Source: the human T2T-CHM13v2.0 reference genome, Homo sapiens
NCBI RefSeq assembly: GCF_009914755.1
Contig: NC_060926.1
Length of the DNA stretch: 64,000 nucleotides
Strand: one strand, 5' to 3'
Numbering within the stretch: position 1 is the stretch's first letter; each line of letters starts with the position of its first letter. The notes under the pieces are model-generated. The model was not told where the DNA came from and ran no database searches. It saw only the letters and a program-made list of their open reading frames with translations. Positions 46,470 through 61,420 of this stretch are shown piece by piece. The position numbers and the translations under genes were made by a program.

Positions 46470-47649
46470 GATGGTTATTTTATCAGGAGAAGTGGAAGGG
46501 ATTTTGTAGGTGACAATATGGCAGTTCAGTTTATTCTTGGGACTTTTGAAATCACATGTTAGGTTTTACATGTTTCAGACTTGCTATTCTGAATGTTTAC
46601 AATGGTGCACAGCAGGTAAGAAACACACACAAAAACATTTGTAGAATGAAAATGTAATGAGACTGATTTGCCAAAGATAATTTACCAAGAAGTTCTGGGC
46701 AGTCATTAAAGAGGATGGTTTTGCTGCAATGTTTATCTTCGCTTATATGACCTCATGCTCTGGACTACAAAAAGTCAATGAAGATTCTCTTTAGACGTTT
46801 TCTCCACATTATATTTGAAGTATGGGCTGCTGTGAATCTTGTAAGGCACGCATAGAAAGTGGAATCTTCCAGAGTAGGTTACACTAAACTCTGCCCTATG
46901 CTTGAACAAGAACCTTTTTAAAAAGCAGAATTAAACAAAATCAGAAGGTAGCCATTTGCATGTAGCAAAACATCCAAGATATCTGTAACAGTAGCATATA
47001 AAGGAGTATAGAAACTAAACTCTGATAGTAATAGTAAAATTTGCTTAGACTTTCTATAAAACACATAGATCATTTAGGAAAGTGATTTACTAAATATTGT
47101 CCATTCATTACTATTGTCTTAGAAGTCTTATCATGTGGTACCCAGCTGGCTTAGCATTTTTAAAAGAAAAAACAATTATTTTTCTTTACATACATTTTAC
47201 AAATTTGAAAGACATAGCTAGTTTTTATTTTCACAGGAACTTCTGCCATGCTTTTTAATAATATTTTATTCTTCAAGGTTTATTTTGGACTGGTTAATGT
47301 GTCTCAACTAGCATTCATGCAATAGAAAAAAATCTCTTTTCATATAACATGCCATTGTATGCTGTAGTTTTAAATTTACAATTTTGATTATTCTTACTGT
47401 GCTTTATTGTATCTGCACTTTATTTAAATGAATCAAAAATTCAAAAGTGGTTTATTAAAGAAAATATTAATTAAGTTGTTAAATATCTGAAAATAAGTTT
47501 TATTAGAAAGCTGCTCAATTTTTTCCCTAATACCTGTAAGGTCAATATATCACCAATTGCAAACTCACACAATAGTGAAAAAAATCATAGAAGATTTTTA
47601 TTATTTCCATAAAGTATAGGCACCTTTCTCATAAACCAAACTACACTTT

Positions 47650-47845
47650 AGAAAATAACACTATGTGAGGTGATGGACCTGTTAATTAGCCTGATTGTGG
47701 TGAACACTGATACATTGATATAGGTACATGTGTACATACATCAAAACATCATATGTACAAGTTAAATATATACAACTCCTATTTGTCAATTATACTTCAA
47801 TAAAGCGAAAAATATCTTAAAAACGAAGAAAGAAAAGAAATATAA
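47650..47845 (+). mobile_element. L1MA/MB 3' end fragment
   Basis: ctatgtgaggtgatgga...gttaattagcctgattgtggt...tgtcaattatacttcaataaagc plus A-rich tail. Confidence 0.82.
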
Positions 47846-48053
47846 AGTGAAAAATTTGTGAAATTGATTAACTTCATAGCCTAAGAAATGAGAAAGCACA
47901 CAATTACAAAGTTATTATCCAATATTATAATTCTTCACATCAATAAGATGTGAATATTCACTGAGAAAGCAAACCAAGTCATTGTTAATTCTTAACTGGA
48001 TTATTATATTGGACATTGCATGATATCAGTGTCTTTCAACACAGATTACCAAC

Positions 48054-48469
48054 TGTATTAGGCCATTCTTGAGTGGCTATAAAGAAATAACTGAGGCTGG
48101 GTAATTTAGAAGGAAAGGTTTAATTGGCTTACAGTTCTATACAAAGTACAAGATGCAAGGTGCTAGCATCTGCTGCTGGTGAGGGCCTCAGCAGGCATAC
48201 AATCATGGCAGAAGGCGAAGTGGGGGGGCAGGCATCTCACATGGCAAGAGTAAGAGCAAGAGTTGGGGCAAGGTGCCACACACTTTAAAACAACCAGATC
48301 TCACAAGAACTCACTCACTATTGCAAGGACGGCACCAAGAGGATGACCATATCACATTCCTGAGAAATCAGCCCCCATGACCCAATCATCTCCTACCAGG
48401 CCCCAACTCCAACATTGGGCATTACAATTCAACATGAGATTTAGAAGGGACAACATCCAAACTGTATCA
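48054..48469 (-). mobile_element. MST (MSTA/B-like) solo LTR
   Basis: tgtattaggccattctt...gagggcctcag...ggacaacatccaaactgtatca. Confidence 0.9.
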
Positions 48470-48711
48470 CTAATTTAATTCAAGTGTTTGTTATAGCAGT
48501 TTGCTCTGTAGTTGGACACATTTTCGATGTCCGGTACATATATGAAAACAGCTCATCTACTTTTTGCACTGTGTATCTCAGAAAACCATGATACAAGAAA
48601 AATAGTAATTTAATTTATATCCTCAGCTGTTTCACAGATTAGAAAAGGTTGTATTGAGTTAATTATTGAAGAAATAGCGCAATGCTCATACCTGAGCATC
48701 AATCCACATTC

Positions 48712-49465
<754 letters not shown>

Positions 49466-51619
49466 TGATATTAATTTTATTTAATGTTTTAATCTTTAGT
49501 CTTATATAATGAATTAGAGTAAAATTCAACAAAAGAAATCTCCTTTATACATATTATTGATGATGTTATTTATTAACACTGACCAAAACACCCCAACCTA
49601 ATGTGATGAGCTTTGTAATGATACAATAATGCAGGATATACAAAAAGTTATTTCTTAAAAATATTACATAGAAATGTACTACATAATTTTAGTAGTCAGA
49701 TGATTTTTTAAACACATAACCAACACTAATTAGTTAATCAAATTTTATTGAGCTCACCAAAACATTCTGTTTTCTGTTCAGTTCTTATGTTTTCAGAAGA
49801 CTTTTATGACTAGATCTTGCAATGCTACTGAAAAAATGGCTAATTTCTAACATGTGGCCCAAAGCCAGTCCACAAATGAAACAGCAAATCTCTCTCTTTA
49901 ATTCATGTGAAATTCCACTGCAGTAAAATATTACTCCTCCAGTTTTGAGAGTGTAATTTATATTGTTTTTGTTAGTAGAAGTTAATAGATTTTTAAAATA
50001 TAAAATACTACTATAAAAATATTGATTCTAAAGTTCATGATCATTAAAGAAAGCTGGGTCCCTTTTTCATGAAGGGCTTCAACTTGTTTAATCAGTGATT
50101 GAACCACTGGACCTAGTCTTTTCAGCAAAACTAGAATTACCACCATATTTAGTTTATTAGTTTTTGGGGGAATTTGCATAGCAAGACATGGAGAGAATTC
50201 AAGTAGTTTCTGCTCGTCACCCAACTTCCATATTTACTAATCATTTAGAGAGGTTAGTCTTTTATAAGATTTCTATATCAACACAACAATGCTATCATGT
50301 TTTTCACAAACCTTGCAATAAGACCCTGGAGTTTGTCCCTGCGTTCTTCTGTTTCTAAGCTTTTCACTCTGACTTTTCTCCTTCAGAAACAGCCATGTTC
50401 TAGTTGATTCCACTATTCACATCACTGCTGATTTCTCAGCTGTTTACCATGAGCAATAAAAAATAAATTTAAAAGGCTCATTAGGTTGTTTGTCACCTAT
50501 TTTAATTCTGTCAAGAACAAATGCTTCATTTTGATGTAACCACGTGAAGTTTCTTTGATAAAGTGCTTACAACAAAAATGCAGCTACGTAGCATAAAGTT
50601 TTTAGGTATTTAATCAAACAGCTTAATAAAAAATACTCTCTCACTAACAGAGACAAGATTCTGATTACCTATCTTTGAGGAAATGGAATGTTTGAGAAAA
50701 TTATTTGGTGTGCTTCACTATTGTACCTGTCACATACTTTTAATTAAAAATGTATTGATGCATGACTAAACTATGCTTGGTGAGAAAGAGACCCACTTTA
50801 GTTCAATTGCAGTAGTGTACACATAGTCCAATAGAATAAGCCCATGTGATTACAGCACAAAGACAGCTCTGGCACAGAAAGCCTCTCATGCTTCAATCTC
50901 AAAACACATGGAGATGAAAGGTGCCAAATATCACAAATCTATGTGGATGCAATCAACATTAATGAATTTACTAATCTACTCTAAATGCCTGTAATAAAGC
51001 CATTTTACTAATCTATGACAAATTAAATATATTAAAAACTAAATGTGAATAATGATTAACCTTTTTTTCTCTTTTTAAGTATTTTAGCACAATTTATTAA
51101 ACCTATCCACCCTGGCTATCTACAATGTCAGTGGCTGAAGTGAAATGCCATATTTGAATATTTTATTTGCTTATCGTATATGTTATGATAAGTTTGGAAA
51201 CTAGATCTAAAATATACTTTTTATGGTGACGGATTTTTTTTAGTAATTTTACTCACAAAAACATATCCATTAACACTTAATTGCCCTGAGAAATGGAAAT
51301 CAGAGACTAACATTGAAGTCATTAAACTTTATTGAATATTTTTGAAATAGAAAGGGTAAGGTGCTTTTAAGAATTTCCAAAACTATACCATAGAAAATAA
51401 AACCATAAAATAATAAATTATTCCAGTTTTGATAGTTCTTTTCATTCCTAAACCTGGACAATATATAGATCTAAAAATTGCATTTAATAATGGAGTAACA
51501 CAATAAAAATAACAATCACTAACTCAAAAATCTCTACAAGAACCCGCTATCTCTTTATTATACTCAACACTTGGAAAAAGTTGAAAACAATTTACTTAGT
51601 TCTTTACAGGAGAGGCCTC

Positions 51620-51790
51620 ACATTTGTGTTTCTACATAGAGTATTTATTTTAATCCTCACCACACCATTGATTGTTTTATAGGTGAGAAAACTGCCATTC
51701 CAATAAATGAACTGAAGTTCTCCACAAAGCTTGTGAGTGACAAGTTCAGACATTCTCTCCTCTGACTGCAAAATCTAGCTTCTTCTTGCA
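51620..51790 (-). mobile_element. MIR SINE
   Basis: tttaatcctcaccacacc...ttttataggtgagaaaactg. Confidence 0.65.
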
Positions 51791-52172
51791 CTATTATAAT
51801 TATTTGTTCTAAAGTAACAGTGCAAAAGGAGAGTTTACTTGGCGAAGTTCACCAACATGCATGACCCTAATATATGCTATGTGTTTGCATACTTCATTTT
51901 ACTTTGTTACTCTACTGTTTTAGAGTTAGCATTACATCTTCATTCTACAATAAGAAAATAGGCTAAGAGGGGTTATATCTTCCAAGGCTACTAGTACATG
52001 AAGGGTTAAATTTCTAATTTATATGTCCCTGATTCTCAAATTTCTGTTTTTCCTGCACTTACTTATAGAAATAACATACATGGAAGATAAATATGAGTAT
52101 CCTACCATTTGGATGCTGGGAGGTAAAGTTTACATTGAAGTCTCTAGATTTGGGCAAATAATTGAAAGTTGT

Positions 52173-52741
52173 TGTTACAAGACAACCTATTGCAGCAAGA
52201 GTCCAATACACCAAGACAGCAGGGTTTGCAGCAGAGAAAGAGTTTAATGATCTCAGGGTGTCAAGGAAGGAGATGGGAGGAGACCCTCAAATCTATCTCC
52301 TGGAGGAGTTCTAAGCTGGGGCTTTTAAGGGAATCATGAAAAATGAGGAGATGGAAAACTGGAGTCATTAATTGGTTGGGGTAAAGGGGCTAAAGTCATT
52401 AGGATATGAATATTGCATTATTTGATGAGTCACCTCCTGTGGGGTCCTTCAGACCAGCTGATGTCAGTAGTTTCACTGGTATACAGGACCTGAAAGAATT
52501 TCTCAAATGGAAAACTTAATGTTTCATAATGTTCAAGTTGTTACCTACAGAGCAGTTAGGAGGAACTGTAATCTAGGGTCTACATTATTCCAATACAAGA
52601 GGCAAACAACTATGAGGAAGCTGTCCTGGAGCAAGCTGACCTAATGATTAATGCTGAGCATACTGTAAGCTTGGTTCAGTTTCTTTTCTCCCTCTCCATT
52701 CTTCTCTGATTAATTGTATAAAGTTAATAGGGAAGGATTCA
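52173..52741 (-). mobile_element. ERV1 (MER4-group) solo LTR
   Basis: tgttac...ggattca termini, ~570 bp; antisense polyA/TATA motifs (agagtttaat, ttttaagg). Confidence 0.75.
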
Positions 52742-53114
52742 AGCTTAGGTGAGAGAATAATATTCATTGGCATCTCACTACAAAGAACCAGGGTAATTAT
52801 AGACATATATCTGGCAGCAATATAAAATGTGATTTAAAAGGGCAGAATGTTGACTAATGATAATGAGGTAAAAGTTTCTGATGGCCAGATAAATTGGGCA
52901 GAGTAGAAGTAAAAGCTATGATGGATAGTGGTTATTAGGGATGTAGAATTGATTGGATCATCCCTATACCCATTCAATGGCAGATCCAATGTTTTGATCA
53001 TTGATGAAAAGATGAGAGAAAAAATATGGCTGAGAGAAATAAAAGCTGGAATGTGAAGCAAAAACAGGAATAAATCTTGATTTTGAGAATAATGAATTTG
53101 GGATTTCTTCCATT

Positions 53115-53310
53115 AGGAATATATCCCTCTGAGTACATTTCTATCCACTGACTTCCACTCTGTTCCTTGGCTATAAGTCTCCATTTGTTCTTCTTGTATT
53201 TGGAGTTGAGCCCGATCACTCTCCCTTATTACAAAACGTAATTGCAGTAGTTCCTTGAATAAAATCTTCCTTACCATCTTTTAATAAGTTATAGAATAAT
53301 TTTTAATGGT
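53115..53310 (+). mobile_element. ERV1 LTR 3' fragment
   Basis: ccttggctataag...ggagttgagccc...cttgaataaaatcttccttacc. Confidence 0.6.
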
Positions 53311-56134
53311 TACTAAAGCCATTCTTTGATAAGAAAGGGGGGATATAGACATGGACTTAGCTTTGGGAAAGGTCTCTTTTCATTGGGAGGTAGAAGAGTC
53401 ACATGCATGGTCATGTAATTTGGTGGAGAATGAAGAAAGACAATATGAGGAAAATTAAGAGATGAGACAGTTTCATTTCAAAAAATAAGTCAGCACCACA
53501 TGTATTCCAGGCTATATTCTTATCTCTAGGAACCAGAAATTATAAGGGAACTTCAATATTCTCTTTCATAAAAAACATGAAGGCTGATGACACTGAAAAA
53601 AATATATAAGTTGACGGGATACTCTAACATAGACTTTGTGAAATGTTGCATTTTTGAAAGATGCAGTTGTACCGTATCTACATTTTCATACTTCTGACTC
53701 CCTATGATATTTTCCCCTTCATTTCACAGATATCAAAGACTCTCTGTACATTTTCTTCAATAAAATAATTCATTCATCACACGTACATTTATTCATTAAT
53801 TAAAGATATACTTTCTGCCAACGTATATGCTAGAGACCGTAGGGTCAAGAAAAATAAAGACAAAATCCCTAACTTCATGGAGGATAGATTAGTTCTTTCT
53901 CATAATTAAGAATTTATAATCTAACAACATAAAAATGTTACTGGAGATCTAAACCAAAGAAGTAATAATTTTTGAAGATGTTACTATATTTCTTATTCTC
54001 TTTTGCTGTGAGAGACTAAAATTGATCTCTAGGCTTTTAAAATTTTTTCTCTAATTCTGCTAAGTCTATTTATTTAGCTATGGCTTAAATTTATGGGGAC
54101 AGTAGAAATTTTATTTATCCATGCATTCTCAGGCAACAGGCTACAATTCACTAAAGTGCCCTTGAACTAGTATTCTCTGCTCACTTTTATGGCAGGCAAG
54201 ATAAGAGAATGAGGTTATACCCCTGGTAATAAGATTCATTGAGTGGATTAAGCAGCCATTTTGTTATTCATATTCCTGAACCCAGGGCTTTTGAGAGGAA
54301 AGTTATTTAAAAAAAAAAAAAGTAAAACACTTAAAACACTAAGCATGCTACTGAAAGTGTGTCTATGAATCTACAGATAAACATAATGTGAAAGAGATAC
54401 AAGTAAGTCTTCTCAAACAAATGCCATTGCAGTTATTTTACTCACTGGTTTGCATATCTCTTCCTTAGAAACATTATTTTGCAAGGGTTTTTTTTTTTTG
54501 GTTGTTGTTTTTGATTTTATTTTTATAAATTACAACTCCAAATTAACACTACCCAATAATCAAGGGAATTTGGAGTAATCAAGAGAATCTGGAACAAGCT
54601 TAGGTTTCTTAAAGAACTTAAGAGCTATTGAATGATGCTGCAAGGTCTTCCCTGTTGCAGTCCTTCACAGAAACTGAGAATTGCCTCTAAGCACACATGG
54701 AACCACTTTTGTTTGTAGCTCCACTGACCAATATTATTCACTTTTACTTATACAAACTCTTCACTAAAAGAGAAACAGCATGTTTTGAACAGTGCATTTT
54801 CAGTGTAGCATACTGGAAGAGATTTATTACTAGGAAGAGTTGAGTTCTAGGAATGCGGAAGGCCAGAGGGCAATGCAGATATATGCAGAAGGAGTCAATC
54901 ACAGTTCCAGGTGCCTTCTTCTAGTACGCTTTTAGGGCCTCCCCAAAGTAGATATCTATTCAACATCTTGAGAGAACATGTGGCATTAGGGGCACAGTTT
55001 TGATAAAAAATGTTATTTAGTAGACCCTTTCCTCCTTGCTGCTTCATCCATTTCATTCTTTTCTCATTGCTTCTGTCTTAGCAACTGCAGGTTCACATGG
55101 TCTCCTTCCACTGACCAGCCAGTTTTCAACTTGCTAGCTTTCTGGAAACATTCATAGATCTCTAAATCCACATTCAGGTAGTTATGCTCTTATGTAGATA
55201 CAGACAAATTCTTAGGCAATTTTGCTAACATGTCAAGTAGATATCTTAAAATAATGCAAAGAACTGTTTAGTATGTCTGCACCATAATGTTCAGATTGTA
55301 AGCTTATACACATTTTCATTAAAAAAAATAAAAATAGAAAGTCTTTCATGAATCATCATAGATAGCATGGTGTACATCCATTACAAAAAGATGTTGGAAA
55401 GCAGGCCTTTTAAATTCTGCTTCCCCAAATAAAGGCCCTTCCCAGAAGAGAACTACTTCAGCACCAAGACACTGTCTTTCAAATATTGCTCCAGTGGAGA
55501 GCAAAAATTATAGTTAATTGGATTCTTCATTCATGAATCATGTATCAGAAAGAAGACTCAGAACAAAGTCTATTATGAATGAAAACTATTGACACATACA
55601 GTGACGTAACACACACACTGTAGTGGAGTTATATACTCATAGTTATGTAATTATACTACATAAATACACATACTAATATATATTAGTGTGAATATATTAT
55701 ATACTTTTTAGATTTGTCATATTTAAGGGCAGATTATTGAATCATATTCAGTAGCCATGAAATATATAGTACAGTTTAAAATACCTCCTGATTTATAATT
55801 CTAAGGTCTAACCTTATTTCTATCTTATGCAAAACATGCCTTTTTGACTAGTTTCTCGTGAATTCTTCAATTGTACAAAATATTTATCCTAATAGTTTTC
55901 ACTTATTTTTAATAGATCAAAAGACTGTTGTTGCAATCCCTTGAGAAAATAATGTACATTTTTTTATTATCTCCCACAAACAATGTAAGTGGTTTCATTT
56001 AGTTTCAAAAAAGCTGTCAATTTTATCAATGAACCTTGAATTTATAAAATGTTTTCCCTCAATTCAATTGAGTATGAGCCAAAAACAAGTTGTGTGAGAT
56101 ATTTTCTTCAATTATTCATTCACAACAAATTTTT

Positions 56135-56200
56135 ATGTATATATGTATATAGCTCACACTATATGTGTGTGTGTATACATACATATATATATATAGAGAG
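56135..56200. repeat. (TA)/(TG) low-complexity tract
   Basis: tatgtgtgtgtgtatacatacatatatatatatagagag. Confidence 0.8.
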
Positions 56201-56299
56201 ATATCAATTTATTACTGACATTCTTTAATTTAAGGCAATCTCTGTGTATTCATCTAAAATTTTCAATGCAATTTCTGCCTATTACTTACCCAAGCATTG

Positions 56300-57200
56300 G
56301 TGAATTGGAAGCATGGTCTTTTGATATGCTAATATATCACTTTTTTTCTTACAGTATGAAAATCACAAAGAGACCATGACTATACACATTCAGGATTTAT
56401 CACCTACAACCCAGTACCTGAACCAAGCTAAGCCTTGAATTTTTAACTTTCAAGTGCCAAATAGTTGAACTCATGTATTAATCGTCAGGACCCCACAGTT
56501 GCTGCCCCGTTAATGAGATCAAATTCTCCATGGTTCTAACCTTGCTTAAAATGGAAAAGCTTTATAGTACAAACAGGTTTGAGCATATGTAAATGTGTTC
56601 TCCATTTGTTAGCCTGTCTTTCAATCTTACTTCAGAAATAAGTCACTCTTATCACAAGCTTCTGTGACTTTCTTGTTTCTGTTACTTCTCACTTGTTACC
56701 CAGAAGAAATCTATCCTGCTGCAATGGGTAAAATGTTCTTTATCTATTTCAAAACAGCTTTCCCTATTATTTGCATTTTTAAACCTTTTTCTGAACACAT
56801 CCAAGCATCTACTCAGCCGTTTCCAAAAAGATGTGCATTGGGGAACACCTTCATTGAACCAGCATGTTAGTAGTAAATGTCTTACCCCTCAGAGAATTTG
56901 CAAGTTCAAAACCTCATGGTATACATGGAGAGTTTAGATTATAATTTTTCAATATTCCTTCCTGTACATTTATCAAAAATGAATTTCATCTGCCACTGGA
57001 CTGCTCAATTCTCCAGTATGATTACAGCCATCTGGAGCATCTCCCAAACCTCATTAGTTTTTAACTAACGAAAATAGTTTAGTGTTGTCAGAATATTTCA
57101 CCACTTCCCTGTTCATGTTGTTCTCCTCATCATTAGCAAGTACATTGAAATACATAGGTCCCAACACCAAAAGCCATCAATACATCTTTCAAGTCCTCAC
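56300..57200 (-). mobile_element. Ancient CR1/L3-clade LINE RT fragment
   Basis: Minus-strand translation near 57170-56960 gives VLGPMYFNVLAND...VVKYSDNTKLF.../...QWQMKFIFDKC, matching CR1 RT motifs VLGPxLFNIFIND...KFADDTKL...WQMKFNxxKC. Left boundary approximate. Confidence 0.8.
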
Positions 57201-60029
57201 ACTGCTTTATCAATCGTTGTTCCTAATCTCTTAGCCTCTTTTCCCAAAAAGCATATATACTGGTTCATTGCTATGATGCCTTATACATACTCCTAAAACC
57301 TGGAGAATAAACAGCTGAGTTAGTATGATAGTAAAGAAGCAACATTTCATTTCCTCCTGACATTTTGGCAATTAGAAATCAAAAAACTAAGAACTTAGTG
57401 GAAAGACAAAGAACATTTGGAAAATATTTCTCAAAGAATACTTGGCAGTTTCACAGTTTCTTTTCACCTCTAGGAGCAGCAGGACCTTCTGTAAGACCTT
57501 GAAGCTGCTGTTTAGTTATGACTTTAGTTTTGGATATACATTAACTCATCTGACATGTATTGATACTTCTTTTAGTTTATTTGTGATAATGTTAGCTCAG
57601 GATATTATCATTTTAGCTAATTAACTGTTGTAAAATACTTATTTAAAAATGTATATTATTGACTTTATCACATTCTAAGATGAATTATTATTTACCAGAA
57701 ATGCCAATATATCTAATCTATGTATATATAGATGTATAATAACATATACAATAAAATATATACTATATATATGCTAGTGATGCTGTGAAAAATATCTTTA
57801 TCTATATCCCTATTACCAAGGGAATAGGTGATAATTAGGTAATTATTTAAATAGTTACCTAATTTCATTGAACTTATTTTGAAGAGATTTAATTTCTCTT
57901 TTGGATCAAATAAATATTTTGGTCCTCTTATTTTAAAAATCAATAAATTGTTATAGTTCTTAGTGTGTTTACAATGTATGTTATTATTATATTATTGTTT
58001 TTCTTGGATTATATTTTTCATATTTTAGGAAACTCATATAACTCATATTTCTAACAATTGACTAATAATGTGTAAGTTTTACAAAGTTCAATCCAATATA
58101 CATTACATATATGATATAATACATAATTATATATATTCTATATATGTAATAACAAGAGTGAAACGTTCTGCATAACTTATGCCTCCATGGTATCCAGACC
58201 CTACGTGCATTCCTATAATGTATGATGGGATGACATAAAAATCAAATGCTTAAATGTCCAATTCATTTTTATGACTCAGTGAGTAACCCATTTTGCACTA
58301 TATGTCGAAACATGAATTTATATTACTAACTCCTTTGTACCTGGTCTTTACTGCCACTCATTATTTATTGGATCATGTATTTTAGAAATGATGTCTGATG
58401 GTCATATTGAAACATGCATAGGTAAAGACCTTAGATATTTTGTGAAATCTTAAACAAATACAAATTAAAAACTAGTTAACAACGTTGATGTGCCCTTTAC
58501 ACAAGAATCATCCAGTGGGAAAAAAAAAGAAATGAAAAGTAAAGCTAAACAACGAAAACAGCAATATTCTAGGAGGAAGTGTCCTTTAGAAGTCTAAATA
58601 TAGTTAGTTGGATTTTTAAAAGGAAAGCTTTCAAAGTGCTAATAATATGCCACTTATTAACATGCACAGTTTAGTCAGATTTTTTCATTTTCATATGCAT
58701 TCTCATTTCCAGCACATCCAATATGCACTGCTAACCTGTTGTCTTTACCTCCTTAATTATAAACCTTTGTAATTAAAAAAGTCAATCTTTACAATAATTA
58801 ATTTAAATAATTTAATTTAATGAATGCTTCTGAAATGGAAGACTTAAAATTCCAGAAATAATTTTCTGGGGCCGCTTATAAAGTGGTGAATATTATAATA
58901 ATGAGTGCTCATAAATTCATTGTTCCTACTTCATGTATTTCCAACAATGTATTTTATAGCACTTGCTCTTCCTGCTCAATGAATGTGTTATCCTACTCAC
59001 GTCTGGCCAGATGAAGGTAGATTAGTCATCTAGATAAACAGTATATCCTCTATTACGAACAAATTAAAAAAACTTTTTAAAAGGACATCATACATGACTT
59101 GAAATTTGTATGAATTTACCTTTTAAAAATAGCGTATTTGAATTGCTTCCCATGTTCAAATCTTTTCGTTTGCTAAATAACAATAATAATCCATCATAAT
59201 TAGGGTTTCTTGAGGATTAAATAAGTGTGTGTGTGTGTGTGTGTAGTTATCTATCTAAATTTTCCAAATTTCTACCTGTGACTATATAATTTATTTAACA
59301 TTTTCTTTGCAGAAGCTTCAATCAGACAGAAAACTCAGTAATGACCTCAGAAAAACTCAATTCAGTTTCCATTTTTTTCTTTTCACAAAGACTGAAGTAT
59401 TAATATTTTGATAAACTATCATAAAATGTTTTTTTTCCCATCATGGGAGTCCTTCAGAATATGGGTGAAATTATTGAGTAAGACCTTAATTGACTGTAAT
59501 CCAGCTAACCAAAATCTGCATTAAAGGAAATTTTGTGCCCTTCCCTTTTAATGTTGTTATAAGAAACATAATATTATATAAAATATCATAGCCTCTTTTA
59601 TAATATACATATTCAAGTAAACCACCCATATCTTCTTCATATCTTCTACTGATCATTTAAAAACTTGAACTACATTTAGCATACATAGTTAATATGTTAT
59701 GAATGGCAGGGATTATACATACAATAAAAAGGTAAATTTTAATACACAGATTTGCTACCAGAAAATTCAACTATTTACACCTTTTTTTCTTCCATCTGAT
59801 TATTAGCTTATTTCTTGGTCTTAAATTGCACAATAAAGCATGTGATTTCAGCTGTATTAGAATTGAATCTCTGTCATTATCTTTGCTTACTAAAGTAAGC
59901 AACTGGATTTCCTATAACTCAAAGTCTTTATTTGTTCTCAGTAGTGAAAAAAATTTAAAATTCATCCACAGTTTTCCATTTGCCTGATAAACGTATGCAT
60001 TATCCTCACTGAACATTATCTAAGTATAA

Positions 60030-60172
60030 GTTTTATTTATTTATTTATTTTTAATTTTTTTAATGAGGCAAGGTCTGACTATGTTGTCCAGGCTGAACTC
60101 CTGGGCTCAAGTGATCCTTCCACCTCAGTCTCTCAGGTAGCCAGGATTACAGGTATGTGCTACCATGTCCTA
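60030..60172 (-). mobile_element. Alu monomer (FLAM/FRAM-like)
   Basis: T-rich tail followed by ctatgttgtccaggctgaactcctgggctcaagtgatcc. Confidence 0.82.
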
Positions 60173-60189
60173 ATGTTTGCATTTTTTAC

Positions 60190-60858
<669 letters not shown>

Positions 60859-60874
60859 AGAAACTAAAGGAGTG

Positions 60875-61420
60875 CTCAAAAGCGTGTTAGGCCACGTTAA
60901 AAGGACATAGGAAGTAGAAGAGACCTTCTTTTATTGGTCAAATTATAGACAACTTGCTATGAAATAAAAATTGACAGAATTGGATTATAAAACATTGGTC
61001 AAGTGACAGATCCATATGTCCTTATGTATTCTAAAAAACAAATTATTAAAACAGGAGCAGGTGGGGTACTTTACCTAACAAACTATCTGCTGATAAATGT
61101 AGAAGGAAAAATTGAAAGAGTAATGGAAAGTCATTCCCTTGCCACAAATATGGATATGATTCCTTCAAGTAAAAATTGTCTATGGTTGCTAAAAGACTAT
61201 CTGAGAACCATATACTCAGATTCAATGATCATCCCACAAAGTACATATTAACACGCAAAGAAAAAAGAATTGAAGATTTCATGGACTACATAAACAAAAA
61301 TATCAAACTTAGCATCACCAATAATGGAACAAACTGACATCCTATGCCCTCTGATGTGATACTGGGAAGGACACCACATCAATTTAATAGCAGGATGAAG
61401 AAAGAATTATAATCTATTTT
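60875..61420 (+). mobile_element. Ancient L1M (L1MD/ME-like) 3'UTR fragment
   Basis: atcaaacttagcatcaccaataatggaacaaactgacatc...tgatgtgatactgggaaggacac. Confidence 0.55.

Noticed and set aside
55670-55692. 16-bp palindrome actaatatatattagt
   Set aside because: Expected by chance in a TA-rich low-complexity tract.
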